A stretch of 64,000 nucleotides of DNA. Source: Octopus sinensis (Eukaryota). The stretch spans positions 151,528,001-151,592,000 of the forward strand of contig NC_042998.1 in NCBI RefSeq assembly GCF_006345805.1, read 5' to 3'. Under the pieces are notes generated by a model. It searched no databases and was not told where the DNA came from. It worked only from the letters and a program-made list of their open reading frames with translations. Positions 39,511-54,242 of the stretch are shown piece by piece; within the stretch, counting starts at the first letter, position 1, and each line of letters opens with the position of its first letter. A program made the translations under genes and the position numbers.

Positions 39511-40560
39511 TTCAAGTTGTTCCTAAACTACCATTCCCACACCACCCCACAAGACAGGTTTTATATTCTCTTTCTATTATATTTGAAAGAATTATAATTT
39601 AAAATTATAATCTTGCTCCTCACCACGCAAGTATTTATTTATCTATTTATATATGTATTTACTTATTTCTCTCATCATAGCTTTTGATTCTCAATCAAAA
39701 AAACTGTTTTAAAGTGGATGATGCTTCGACAAAATCTAGGCTTTTGGGTGGGGAATTCCTGCGATAAATGTAATACAAGCGGTAGATGTCAGTAGTCGCC
39801 TGAAGAAGTGGGTGCGAAATTCTGGCAGTAACGCATCCAGACAGTTTTGAGTGTATCTTGCAATTTCAAGGAAACGAAACCGTATTAAATTAAGATAACA
39901 TTATGAATAGCATTTATTATGTAAATACAAATGTAGTACGGCACTAGTTGTAATATTTTGTGGCAAAGAAACTTCTCAGATTTTGTGTATTAAACACCGG
40001 AAAGACTGTTCAGAATGTCATTAGTGGATCTTCAAATAAGGTGTTTCAACCCAATTTAGTCTACTTGGTGACGATCCACCGACGACATTCTGGGCGAGCT
40101 CTGTGCTTTTTAACAGAAAAGTCCCTTTGAAATTTTCCCCCAAGATCAAATGATACTGCTGGTAACGTTCTAGTTTTGTATATACATCGTAAATGTTATA
40201 CACGTCGTTATATGAATTTTTCCAAACAGAGGAGTCCAGTGTAATCCATAGGCAGGAGAGGTGCAACTGAAGTGTAGCGAGTCCAGTAGAAGTTTGTGGG
40301 TGATGAGAGGAGACAGGATCACCTGGTGCGACAAGTGAAAGTGTATGTATGTATGTATGTATGTATGTATCTATGTATGTATGTATGTATGTAAGTATGT
40401 ATGTATGTATGTATGTATTTATGTTTATATGTACATATATATATATATATATATAAATATAATAACAAAGGGTAAAATTAATTAATTAAGAAGTAATCAA
40501 TAATTTCACCAAGTAGAATTCAGCATGAAAAAAGGACCATTTCACGGTAAACTTAAGTAA

Positions 40561-40863
40561 TACTTAATAATTAGGGTTCAGCAAAGATTTGCTTTACCAC
40601 ATACCGAAGTTTAGAAATAGCAGCCAAAACCTTAGCTATTTCTTCTACTTTAAAAAGGAACTTCCGAAACGCGCGTCCATGGATGACCAGATATTGATTG
40701 ATTTTCGTTGCTTTCCCCTCTGCCTGTGTGGGTTGTCTTCAAGTATTTTGGTTTCTGTGGGAGTCCCTTTTTAAAGTAGAAGAAATAGCTAAGGTTTTGG
40801 CTGCTATTTCTAAACTTCGGTATGTGATAAAGCAAATCTTTGCTGAACCCTAATTATTAAGTA
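40561..40863. repeat. Small foldback: ~102-bp arms (40561-40662, 40761-40863) with ~100-bp spacer
   Basis: Arms nearly identical; the same peptide MLYHIPKFRNSSQNLSYFFYFKK is read on both strands in the ORF track. Confidence 0.95.
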
Positions 40864-41349
40864 TATATATATAAACAAACGTGTGTATACCTATAAGTAT
40901 ATCTCTGTGCGTGTGTGGATATTTAGATGCAACTGGTAAACTTTCACACGGTTGAGTGTACGCACTAGCCCGTTCGTATATCTACGAATATACATAGATA
41001 CGTGCAGTGATGCATGAAAGTGCTTCACTGAACCCCAAATTCTTCAATACCAAATAACATACAGTTTAGGTTCAAGACCTGCGTTCATTTGCCGCATCAC
41101 TTGTCAGTGACGATCGGCATCTTACCCAGCCATATGATCACTTCCTTTTTAATCAAAGTCAAAAACTTGCTCGCCAACGTTCAACAATAAAAATAAAAGG
41201 ATTTAAGCAGTATGTCATCTCATTTCCTTAAAAAAAATAGAAGCATCGTTTATATCTGTACATCAATATGGGAGCGATACCACAATTACTAATTCTTTAT
41301 TTTATTATTATTCTATTCTGTACACTATAAAAAACTTGTATGTATGTTT

Positions 41350-41521
41350 TATCTATTACTTGTTTCAGTCATTTGATTCTAGCTATGCTGGGGCACTGAT
41401 CCCAGGACTTGTTTTAAGCCCAGTATTTATTCTATCGGTTCTTTTTGCCGAACCGCTAAGTTCACAACAACACGTAAACACAACAACACGGGTTGCAAGC
41501 CGTGATGGGGAAACAATCATA

Positions 41522-41563
<42 letters not shown>

Positions 41564-41720
41564 ACACATATATATACGACGGACTTTTTTCCGTTTCTAT
41601 CTACCAAATACACCCAGGCTTTGATCCACCCAGTAGAAGCATCTTCCCAAGGGACCACGCAGTGAAACTGAACCCGAAACCACGTGATCAGAAAGCAAGC
41701 TTCTTACAACACAACCACGC
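41350..41720 (-). mobile_element. tRNA-SINE copy (family of 9383-9745)
   Basis: GTTTCAGTCATTTG..CTATGCTGGGGCAC tail and ACTGAACCCGAAACC head segment. Confidence 0.75.
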
Positions 41721-41862
41721 CCGTTTGTGCATTTTCTTTCTGTTTATATATGTATATATATGTGTGTGTGTATGTATACATATATACGTGTATATATGCA
41801 TACACACGCACATATATACGTATACCTATAAATACACACACACGCCACACAACACACACACT

Positions 41863-41913
<51 letters not shown>

Positions 41914-43579
41914 TCACACACACATAAGTATATTGTTGAAGTTATAAAATTGTTGTAAACTTTCGAGCAGTGGCAGCTCGTAGATAAAATTCTGCTTCAG
42001 AAAATGTTTACTCGTTGTTTTAATACTGTGTAAAAGAAACAAACATATAAAAAGAACATTTATACATAAACTTGATCGGTTCATGTTTTAGCCGCTGCTG
42101 GGTAGTGTGTTTAATTTGTTCACTGAACACCGCCGCGAATTCCCCCTTGCTTTTCAAAGATCCTCCTAAATCACAAAATAAGGGTGGCGGGGATGTGGCC
42201 TATTTTCCAAATCCTAGCAGCAACATTGAAGCTGGAAGCAGGATAATAATCTACTTCTACACTTTATCACATTCAAGAATATAAACACGTTTTTAAGCAC
42301 AACACACGTGGAGTCAAAAAGAAACATTTCCTTTCACCCGGCACTGTTGTTCATGCAGTGCTCTCTCTCTCTCTCTCCCCCTTGTGTGAAGCTTCCTATC
42401 TCGGACATGTGAGCATGCGCACAACAGCCAAACACCGCGTCATTGGGAATGTGAAGCGCACAATTCTATACAAGGATTTTTGCATTTTTTTATAAACTAG
42501 GGGATGGCTACAGACATTAAGCTTAAGGGTTATATAGTGTACAAATATATAGAAAGAATTAAAGAAAAAAGGACTCATTTTATTGAATGTTATCGATAAT
42601 ATTGAGTGGAAATAGGGGGTGCTGCAGTTCTGCAGTTCCTATACATGAGCCACGACTGCTTTCGAGAGAATGTAACATATATAATTCTTTTTGGAATAGT
42701 GGATCTCGAAGCATACATAAAGCTATAAATAGTAGCTTGCGCATATTAGGTTAAATCCCTTTTGGGCGAAAGCTGTTGATGAGACTCGAGCTCACAACTC
42801 CTATAGACATGACATGCAGTCTTCGACGTTTTCTATCTGAAAAGATTATCCAATCTATTATTTACATGCTATTATTTATAGCTTTATGTTACTTCTAGAT
42901 ACACTATTCCAAAAAAAAAAAAGAATATATGAGCATATATATATGTTAGTTTATAAAATTACTGAATCTCAAAACAAAAAAGCATAAAAAGAAACAGGAT
43001 CTTTTAACAATAAAGTTTGTGTGGAAAATATTAGTTCTCGGTGAAAACACATTGTGTTATGTAAAGAAGATAAATATTCTTAGAAAAGAAAAACAATAGT
43101 TTTGATATAGATGTCGAGGTACAGAAGAAACACAAGCCGTATAGTATGTATAAAAATTCAAAAGGATTCAAAGATACCTTCCGATCCATAGGATCATAAT
43201 GCCGGTCTCTGGAACTTTGTGCCGTACTCATTATTGCCAGCTGCAACGTGAAATGTAGAGCTTTGATCAAGAGCACAAGGCTTCGCTCGGTTCAGGAATC
43301 GAAACCACAATCTTACGGTCATAAGCGCAAGACTTCTAACCGTTAAGGAACGTACCTTCACACGTAAAATAACAGGTATGTGAGAGTCAAGAGGGACGGG
43401 AATTATAGGATATCAGTTATAAAAACTAGCCAAATAATGATGTTATGATGGAATTACGAAGATAAGAAAATCATCAATTCCAAAGAGATGTGATTAAAAG
43501 AAATTATAGAACTAACGTATATTCATGTAATATCTACAATGTATAACGATGAACACACACATAAACAGCTTTGTGTATG

Positions 43580-43624
<45 letters not shown>

Positions 43625-43721
43625 TGTGTGTGGTGTGTGTGTGTGTGTGTGTATAGATACATGTACAACATGACCGCAACCGCATGGCTCGAACGGGTAA
43701 AAGAATATATATATATATATT

Positions 43722-43759
<38 letters not shown>

Positions 43760-43761
43760 AT

Positions 43762-43805
<44 letters not shown>

Positions 43806-44149
43806 CAAGAAAGAGAAAGAGGGAATGTAGTAGGGGAGATAAACACAATTTGATATAACTATCTTTACATGGAGCACAAAAATACAGAATAAAATGTGAA
43901 GAAAATATTTAATTTCTTAATTCGACAGCTGTTTCAAGCAACCCAGAGTTACGTAATAATTATAATGGTCACAATTTACAGATGAAATGTACAAAAACTG
44001 TGACTCCTTATCTGATCAATTGACATTCCTAACTGATTTATTGTGTGTATAACTTTAGCTTGATCAACTGTAACGTTTATTTCTCCAGGCCAATCTTAAC
44101 TTTATCTTCTCTTCTCTCCGTCTCTTTTTCTTCTATTCTATCTTCTTCC

Positions 44150-44900
44150 TCTTTTTCTTATTTTTGCTAACACTACCGTATTGCCAATCTTGTCTTGATG
44201 AGGGCTGACCGATTACAAGGCCATTTTGAAATTCTGGGCTTAATTACCTTTTGTTTGTTGTTGTTTGGAGAGATTAGAATTTGGTACAATTACCACAAAA
44301 TTGTATGTAATCAGAATAAAGTTTCTAATATACTGTGGTTAACTAATTTATGATATTTATGATTAAAAAACAAATATTTCTGTAGGATATGTTTAATGAA
44401 ATGTTTGGCTATCAGGATTAAATTTGTAGGGTGGATTATACCACTCCGCATAGGTGTTAATGTGTATTAACGTTGTAATTGACTTTTTAAGTGTGGCTGA
44501 TTCCATTGAGTGTTTCGTTGTAAATGTGGTATGTCTCATTAAATTCTGTTGATTACAAGATAAAGTACATAGCCTAAGGAAAGGTCTTTAACTAAATTTT
44601 TAATACTTTTAAGGTGGTTAGAAGTCTTACGAATATATTTTACCGTTATTTGTTATTTTGTAGGATGTATATAGAAAATTATCTACATTCATGCTATTAA
44701 ATGCATTTTGTCTGCATTTTTGAAGAAATTATTAGAGCTCTCACAGAATTTCTTGATAGTCTTGGGCTTGATGTTACAGTCCAATAACAGAAATAGCAAA
44801 TTATTCCCCTCTATATATTTTCCGTCAAAAGAGAGGAATTTATATTTACAGTATACAATGCGACAACATCGTTAACCATGGTTGAATCTTTTTCTCCCAT
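44150..44900 (-). mobile_element. Highly decayed Penelope-like RT remnant
   Basis: Minus-strand DSTMVNDVVALYTVNI (~44890-44840) and EWYNPPYK (~44447-44424). Confidence 0.5.
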
Positions 44901-45171
44901 ACGAACGTAGAAACGGTTTACTTTTTGGTAAATATTAGAATTATCATAGGAGAGCTATTAGGGCATGTAAGATAATAATGCTCTTAAGGCAACATTTGTG
45001 AAATACTAAGAATGTAATACCAAAGTTTGTATTTTTGATAAATGTAGTAGATTTTGTTTGTATAAGAACTATTATAAGACTAAGTTAAGTTATTGCAATA
45101 ACATTTTGTATCAAATTGAGGAAGTTGTTTTGTATCAAAAAATCATAAAATATATATTTCTTTATTGCCCA

Positions 45172-45570
45172 CAAGAGGCTAAACATAGAGGGGACAGACA
45201 AAGACAGACAAAGGGATTAAGTCGATTACATCGACCCCAGTGCGTAACTGGTACTTTATGTATCGACCCCGAACGGATGAAAGGCAAAGTCGACCTCGGC
45301 GGAATTTGAACTCAGAATGTAACGGCAGACAAAATACCTATTTCTATACTACCCATTAGAGGCTAAACACAGATAGGACAAACAAGGACAGACAAACGGA
45401 TTAAGTTGATTATATCGACCCCAGTGTGTAACTGGTACTTATTTAATCGACCCCGAAAGGATGAAAGGCAAAGTCGACCTCGGCGGAATTTGAACTCAGA
45501 ACGTAGCGGCAGAGGAAATACCGATAAGCATTTCGCCCGGCGCGCTAACGTTTCTGCCAGCTCGCCGCCT
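45172..45570 (-). mobile_element. Meta-like tRNA-SINE with tandem partial duplication
   Basis: Segment AGAGGCTAAAC...GTCGACCTCGGCGGAATTTGAACTCAGAA occurs twice (~45175-45340, ~45358-45520); the A-box end appears only once (~45570). Confidence 0.85.
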
Positions 45571-45808
45571 TATCATAAAATATATTCATAAAATATATTC
45601 TACATCTTTGTGCTGAAAGTAAAGTTTTGAGATTTTAAAGTTTTTAAGTTCCCTTTATATTTAAAATTTTTTTTTTAATTATTAACTAAAAATATTCTAT
45701 AAATTATTCCAAATTAATTTTATAATACCAGTTATACTTAATTTCACTTAAATTTTATGGAGTTGCTTATGTTCTTGACTTTTAGAGTGCTCAGTATCAG
45801 CACACCAC

Positions 45809-45852
<44 letters not shown>

Positions 45853-46134
45853 ACGCACAGGCACACACATGCGCACACAGACACACACACTCATGCAAAC
45901 TCGAACATATACATACATGCATATATATTTTTTCTACATGTCTTTTATAGGGTATTCCCACTTATTCTGTTCACAAAGACATTGTCATAAAAGATAAGAT
46001 GTTTTCATCTGCCTATGCACACAATGTTTGTTAAAAACCTGTAGATTTATTTTATATTATATTATTGTGCGTCTGTATGCATACATGCATATATATATAT
46101 ATACATATACATACATATACATACATATACATAC

Positions 46135-46219
<85 letters not shown>

Positions 46220-46285
46220 CACATATATATATGTATGTATGTATATATACACGTATATATAAACACGCAAACATATATATATATC

Positions 46286-46340
<55 letters not shown>

Positions 46341-47108
46341 CCATATATTCATATACATACAAATATATACGTATTGATAAATATAAACATATATATAGTG
46401 TGTGTAATATATATACACACATATACTTCCACATATGACAAACAGTTTCATACGCAATACATTTATACATATATCTACACATATGAAATGACAAATACGC
46501 CAACGTAATCAAGCAAGCACTCATAGAGATACTCACGCTTTCACACACATGGACACACACATACACACACAACTACAGAAACATACAAGTAATATTGAAG
46601 CACACTACCATAACAGAGATGCACACATACACGATATATGGGCATGTGAGGGGGTAGGTGGAAGAGAGAGACCATCCATACATTTATACATACACATACA
46701 ATTAATGCGTTCGGCGTCGCTAGCAGCTGTCGATAGAGGTCGCTTATCGATCGACACGTTTTAAAATTGCCCTCAATCTACTGTGCATCCACGCGAGCAC
46801 ACAGGCACACACGCACACACGCACGCACACACGAACGCACACACACACACACACCACACACACACACAAACACACACACACACACATACACTCACACGCA
46901 TACACACACGCACAAACAAACAAGTAAACACACAAACACAAGCAAGCAAGTAAGCGCATGCACATACACAGAGTCATACACATACTGATATACGTACGTA
47001 TTTGTTTATGTATATATCTATACGCGTACATATGTATATAAGTGCATACACATATACATGCACATACTTATATGTATGCATATAAGTGTATATATATATA
47101 TATATATA

Positions 47109-47170
<62 letters not shown>

Positions 47171-47610
47171 CCGCACATAACTACCATCCATACCACGCCC
47201 ATCACCATACTATACCACACCAGTCCTCAGTGTCTTTGCTTCACACAATCTCTTCCCACCAGTCCGTTTGAACAACGCTCTGTAGTCGCCATCTTACCAA
47301 ATATACTACACATACAAATGCCCCCTACACACACACAAATGCACTCACACACACACACACACACACTTTCAATAGTACGCATGGTACATGGATACATTGC
47401 ACATATATGTGTATACATTCAGAAACAGACACAAGCACACATAGAAACGCATACACAAACCAACTCGTCCATCCATGAATACATACAAACTTTTGCAGAT
47501 AAAATATATACGATATCAGTAAGAAGTTCCTGTTAAACATCACCCGCAAGCCGCCGGCTCTTGCAATCGTGAGCGCGCGCACCCTTTCTCTCTCTCTTTC
47601 TCTCTCTCTC

Positions 47611-47686
<76 letters not shown>

Positions 47687-48175
47687 ACATTTAATAATAG
47701 CACATACATAGAGATACGAAGATGTATTGAAACACATTTTCGCACGCCTTAACATACATATCGGTATAAAAGGTACACGCCAATGCACTCCATTGCTTAC
47801 AGCATACACATACCCGGTATTAATACCACCCAGTAGTTTTGTTTTAGCAACTATTTACAGATACAGACACACCCATTCCATTCATATATATGACACATCT
47901 ATAGACAAGTATACAGAAATACACAATGCATTTGAATGTGTGTGTACGTGTGTGTGTATATGTATGTGTGAATGTATACATATATAATTCATACATACAA
48001 ACATATACTCACTGCTACAAACAATACTTACAATCCCACCCCCTCAGCTCATCCTTTCTCATAACCTTCCAGCCAATCACACATATACGTGCATACACTT
48101 ATGCATATGTGTGTCTGTACATGTCTGTCTGTATGCCTGCATATGTCTGAATATCTATCTATCTATCTATCTATC

Positions 48176-48233
<58 letters not shown>

Positions 48234-48393
48234 CTCTCTCTCCTCTATCTCTATATATATATATATATATACATATTCATATACATATATGTATATAATA
48301 TATATATATATATTATATAATATCCATATATATATATATGCGTATGTGTATGTAATGTATATATGTATATATATATATGTCTGTGTGTGCACG

Positions 48394-48426
<33 letters not shown>

Positions 48427-49740
48427 TCATACATGCATACATACACACGAGTGTAATTTATCATATTCATTCACGCACGTACACACATTTTCTGTACAAC
48501 ATCAGGGCATATTGCATTCAATGAAGAATGCCACACGTGATCGCCGCCACAACGCCACCCCACCGCTCCACTACATCACCACAATACTATTGCCCCCACT
48601 CCATAATCACTCCCCACACTCACATCACATGATCTTTTCTGATCCCAATCCACACGTGACACACCACACAATAAAAATATCTTCCACCCAGCCATGTGCA
48701 GCAGATCACCACACCACGCTACCACTATATCACACACAATAGTCCACCACGTTTATACAAGAGACCATTTCCTGAACGTTGAACTGCAAGGATCCATTCT
48801 CTTAATCATGCTATTTAACCCTAACGTACCACCAGTTTCATATGCAAATGATATCCAGGTTACCTTTGCACAATTCTGGTTGCACAGCTTAATCCGTATA
48901 GAAGTAATCCGAACCATTTATATGGAACCTGAATTTTTGTTCCAAACAATAAGACCCTCCAAAAGTTTCGCTAATCTAATCAACCTTACTCTCCGGAGAT
49001 ATCAGTCATCACATTAAGTAAAACAACCCACAAAACAAAGATATTCCTGCTTAATTGTATGACACACAGACTGAGAAGAGGAAAAGAATGCGGGAAAATT
49101 TTAATAGAACTCTCGTCCGTCTTAGTTGGTCAGCAGGAAGAAACAATGAACAACCAATGAAGGAATATACGATCGATAGATTTACGAGAAATAACAACTA
49201 ATTCTTTAAACTGTCCTCTACTGCAAAAAAGAAAGACACAGGGGAGAAAAATTCAGGATGGTTACGGAATGATTACAGTGTTTACTTTCTCGATCAGTGA
49301 CATAACAGTTTGCATACCGACCACAATTACTGAGAATAAAATGAAACATACTGAACGTGAAAGCCTACCAGACGTTGCAAAGGGTGCAGTTTCGTGCCGA
49401 AGTATGTCCCGACCTTCAGATCGCTGCGGCTAAGCCTCACAACCCTTCAAACATCCGGTCACATCAACAACGACTCCATCCTCACAACACAAGATGAAGC
49501 TCTTAAATGGTCGTTCGATGTATTCTACTTAACAGTCCAAGCACTCTCAAATCAACCTTTCTGTCTTAAAGAAGATAACAATAGATGACGTGAACCTAAA
49601 TGCCGTGTGCGTCCTTAAACATGGGAAGGAACGAGTTGGAACTCCTGTAACTTTGAGAAAAGTTGACCTAAGGCAGTTCAGAAAAACATAAATTATATTT
49701 ACATTCATAAACATACATACGTGCATATATGTATGTATAA

Positions 49741-49793
49741 ATCCTTAAAAAAATATGTCAGCCCGAAAGCTGCGGCCATGCTGGGGCACCACC
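49741..49793 (-). mobile_element. Extreme 3' end of the CR1 family (~50 bp)
   Basis: ATCCTTAAAAAA..GCCCGAAAGCTGCGGCCATGCTGGGGCACCACCG matches 57760-57817. Confidence 0.75.
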
Positions 49794-51215
49794 GTATATG
49801 CAACCATAAACATGTACACATACATATCCGTACACACATACACATATATATAGCCATACGCGCACAATTATGTTCATATACATGTCTATATACGTGCATG
49901 CACAAAAATGCAGGGTGAAAGGTAATATACAGAAAAATATGTAAAAATATATTTATATGTGTACATGTGTATGGTTGCATACATATGTATATATATAGGT
50001 GTGTGCGTGGGTGTGCATGTATGTGTTTCACATGAGTGAGAGTAAGTATAAGCATATATAGCATATGCTTATTTAGACGTGTATATGAATATAATTGTGC
50101 GCGTATGGGTACATATACGTGTGCGTGTGTGCGGATATGTATGTGTATGTGTGTGTGGATGCATATATATGTATACATATAGGTGTATGTGTGGGTGGGT
50201 GCATGTACGCGTTTCACGCGTGTGTGAGTGAGAATATGGATATACGTACATGTACGTTAGTGTGCGTGCGCGCATGTGTATGCATGTACACGCTCGCACA
50301 CGCGAATTCTATGAGCTGTTTTTATTTTCTCTTTTTTCAGGATTTTTCCCTTTATTTAACGGTCATTCTAATAGCTCTTTTGTTTGTCTTAATAACGGTT
50401 ATCTTCATAGTAAGTTCACTTTGTTTAACGGTCATTTTCATAGCATTTAACGGCCATTTTCATGCCGGAGCAGATTTCCACCCCGACATCCGAAACTCGG
50501 AGTTTTATTATGGCAACCAAAAAATTGTCACATATTGTATTACATATAAATTCCTCTATTTACATAATATCGAGGTCTCATTCATTGTTGTGACGATTCG
50601 TATACGAATACGAATACGCCAGCGTAAACAATGCGATCGAAGATAGAAACATTAAGTGATGGTGAATATGTATATTTCAAGAATTATTGCTCTTTCATCA
50701 GTACCACCATTAACAATCAACTATCCGCGATTAACTATTGCCGAGTGCAATGCTGAAATATTCATTAAGTTTAGCGATGTGACACTATTTGATAGATGAC
50801 TTAAAATGAGAATATCTCACTGTTAACACAAATATCATACACAACATTGACCTGTAAACCTTCAATATACTTAGTAGTATACTATGGTTGTAAAACGAAA
50901 TACTGTACCCTTGCTAGAAATTAATATTTACGTACTAGCTTAATATGTGCTTAATATGTAAATTGCTTTCTTCAATAGTGTTACACCGCTAAATCAATGC
51001 GTTCGTGGGTTTGATGTGGTGCTGATGGAAGAGCAATAACTCTTGAAATATCGATGTACTGGGATTAGCCTTTTTTATCTTTGATCATATTATTTATATT
51101 GAAGTGTTTGTATACAAGACGTCGTAATTAAAAGTGGTGACCCTAAAATCTATAAAAGATCTATAATTTATCATTAAAAATGTATATGTATATGTGATCA
51201 ACATATACAAGACAA

Positions 51216-51650
51216 TGCAACTGTAGATCTCCAAACCACTGCCCTCTAAACAACAACTATCTACAAAAAGAACGTGTATACAAGGCCAAGATCACGGATT
51301 TGAACGGAGTAGCAAAGACGCATATCAGAAAGATAGGCAACTCGTTCAAGGAAAGCTAAACACAACACCTGGCGTCATTCAGAGATAAACATTAAAAAAA
51401 AAGCACGCAGCATTCCTATCCAATATGATATGAACATTGAAAGGTAGAATAAGTAACCTAAAAATAAAAGGCACATCGTTGCTAAAGCCAGAAAATACAG
51501 AGGAACGGGTACCAAATGTGAACTCTGCATTACTAAAGAACTAGATATCGCAGAGAGAACAGATAACATCCTAAATATCAGGTATGAACTCTTCTCTGTC
51601 TGCGTACACAAGCAATATTTCAAAATTAAACACTTCAAAGAGGAACCACC
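51216..51650 (+). mobile_element. Penelope-like GIY-YIG domain remnant
   Basis: CNCRSPNHCPLNNNYLQKNV / VYKAKIT..NSFKES*TQHLASFR / KCELCITKELDI..LNIRYELFSVCVHK. Confidence 0.8.
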
Positions 51651-52090
51651 ACCTGCGCTGCTAATCCTTCCAAGCCCCTTTCCTGAACGTGGTATTTGAA
51701 TATACAAAACACTCGACCTCCACACACAGAAGAAATATGCCCCTGTGACGAACTACCTCGGCACACAAGCATGCGAACATCACATAAACCGCATGTGATA
51801 TTCAAAAGTCAAACCCAAGGGAGATAACCATTCAAAGTATACCAACCAAGAGTAGCGCCCCTTGATTTATTGTTTTGTTCTATGAGAATCTCTTACGAAT
51901 TCAACGAGACTGTGTTTATCATGAACACCGTTCCTCTATGTGACCAGCTTCGACAATTGTTAAGATATTAAGTTATTTTCTTATTTTTCTTAACATGAAA
52001 CCAATGGTAGCAAATAAAGAAATTCTATCCACAAATGCGGTGTTGAGCACTAATTTTCATCGTTCGACACTTACGTGTATGTGTGTATAT

Positions 52091-52150
<60 letters not shown>

Positions 52151-52526
52151 TATATATTTATGTATACTAATCTCTTCTAAATACTGTCAATTACATGAAT
52201 GTACTTTATTGAAGACCTAAGACCTGTAATAAAACTGAAATACGCCTGCAACCTTTTCCTGTTACTACTAAATGCTTCAACTTTATTTGTCAAACAATTT
52301 AGTTAATCGAACTTGTTACCTCCCTTGAATGTTTGTGTATTTTCAGGCATATTTGCTGCGCATAACAGGAAGCCATTCATATTTCCAATAAATTCATATA
52401 TGTATTGAGAACATTTGTGGACTTTCGTTAGCCGAGAGACTGCAATCTTAACACTGTCATGATATTATTAATAACCACAAGCTGTTAATCTATTCATTGA
52501 CTGTACCGAGGTATGTGTGTATGTTT

Positions 52527-52567
<41 letters not shown>

Positions 52568-52859
52568 ATATATTTGCATACATTCTAGACAAGAGACACG
52601 CACTCATAACACCATGGGAACGTATAGGTTCATACTGCTTTCATGGCACCATTATCTCACTCATTTATTATTTTTGAAACTAAACATCGATATACATACA
52701 GAAGGGTAGAAAAACATACACACACATACACATGCTCACAATGCCAAATTCACATTCAAGCGCACATATGCATTTGCATAGGCATGCATACGAATAGACC
52801 TTGGTATAAACACACGTACATATAATACTCTACTCACTTATATACACACGCACACACGC

Positions 52860-52916
<57 letters not shown>

Positions 52917-53332
52917 GTTGTATATATATGTATGCATATGCGCATATATATATATACATACTAAATATATATATATATATATATCAAGGACAGAGGGATG
53001 GGTAGATAGATACATAGACAGACAGACAGACAGACAGACAGATAGATAGATAGATAGATAGAGATAAATATATAGATATATAGATAGATGATAGATGATA
53101 GATAGATAGATAGATAATATAGATAGATAGATAGAATATATAGATAGAATAGATAGACAGATAGATAAGGAACACCTATATATGCACTTATACACAGTTA
53201 GAGACATAGAAATTGGTAAAGAAAAAAATCCGATAAACAGATATTGACATATATACATAGATCATACACCACACATCATGGTGATATATCATTGTTGGTA
53301 CATATATAATATATATATATATATATATATGT

Positions 53333-53385
<53 letters not shown>

Positions 53386-53538
53386 TGTAATGATATATAT
53401 ATATATAATGTAATATATATATAATATATAATATATAATAACGGGAAGCTTTATGAAAATAAACAAAAGACGAAGGCAGTGGAAAACAAACGAACAATTG
53501 TATTAGTATGGCGCTCAGGAAGTATAAATAAAAACAAG

Positions 53539-53576
53539 TCTTTAACGTTTCGAGCCTACGCTCTTCAACAGAAAGA
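53539..53576 (-). ncRNA. Minimal hammerhead with CUGUUGA core and 5-bp stem I
   Basis: Minus: TCTTT-CTGTTGA-A-GAGC-gtag-GCTC-GAAACGT-T-AAAGA. Confidence 0.7.
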
Positions 53577-53824
53577 TACCACAGAGAGAGCAAAACACAG
53601 AAAGAAGGAGAGAAAAAAAATGCGTGCAGTAGCTAACGAATCAACATGGCGATTATATATATAATAGTTATCGCCATACTAATATGGAATTCTTATAAAA
53701 ATAAGAAAAAGCTGTCCGCTTATTAGCTCCAGAGGCATCGCCTAAGTTAGCTATTTGATACACAAACTGATCCATATAACCTTCGAGCAAGGGAGGTCAG
53801 TCCGCTCCACACTACTTGACGGCA

Positions 53825-53865
53825 GCTACAGACGCGTTTCGGAGTATTGCCCTTTTCAATGCAGC
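53825..53865 (-). ncRNA. Minimal type I hammerhead (U3-A8 core), inverted unit
   Basis: Minus: GCTGCA-TTGAAAA-GGG-caata-CTCC-GAAACGCGTC-TGTAGC. Confidence 0.8.
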
Positions 53866-54242
53866 GTAGCCAGCCAGTAGGTGTCGCTTCCGACAATCTC
53901 TGTTCGATGGTTTTATTTACCTAGTTTCGGTGGAATACATCCACTTGTTTTCAATAATAGAAATATTAAATAACTAAGTCTCTCTAAGAGAACAGCGGGC
54001 AGCGTTCCCGAAAATAATAGTTATCGCCATACTAATATGGAATTCTTATAAAAATAAGAAAAAAATTCCATATTAGTATGGCGATAACTATTATTTTCCG
54101 GGAACGCTGCCGCTGTTCTCTTTTAGAGAGACTTAGTATTTTAATATTTCTATTATTGAAAACAAGTGGATGTATTCCACCGAACTAGGTAAATAAAACC
54201 ATCGAACAGAGATTGTCGGAAGCGACCCTACTGGCTGGCTAC

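Noticed and set aside
43915-44070. Minus-strand hammerhead ending GAAACAGCTGTC downstream of the PLE remnant
   Set aside because: The 3' half and an internal 10-bp helix are present, but no CUGANGA-like core or stem I partner was found.
48860-48930. Minus-strand 65-nt exon candidate (VPYKWFGLLLYGLSCATRIVQ)
   Set aside because: Weak pyrimidine tract and donor; no recognisable protein similarity.
49365-49430. Minus-strand HHR-like CTGAAGG...GAAACTGCA
   Set aside because: A9 is changed, stem I does not pair, and stem III needs a bulge.
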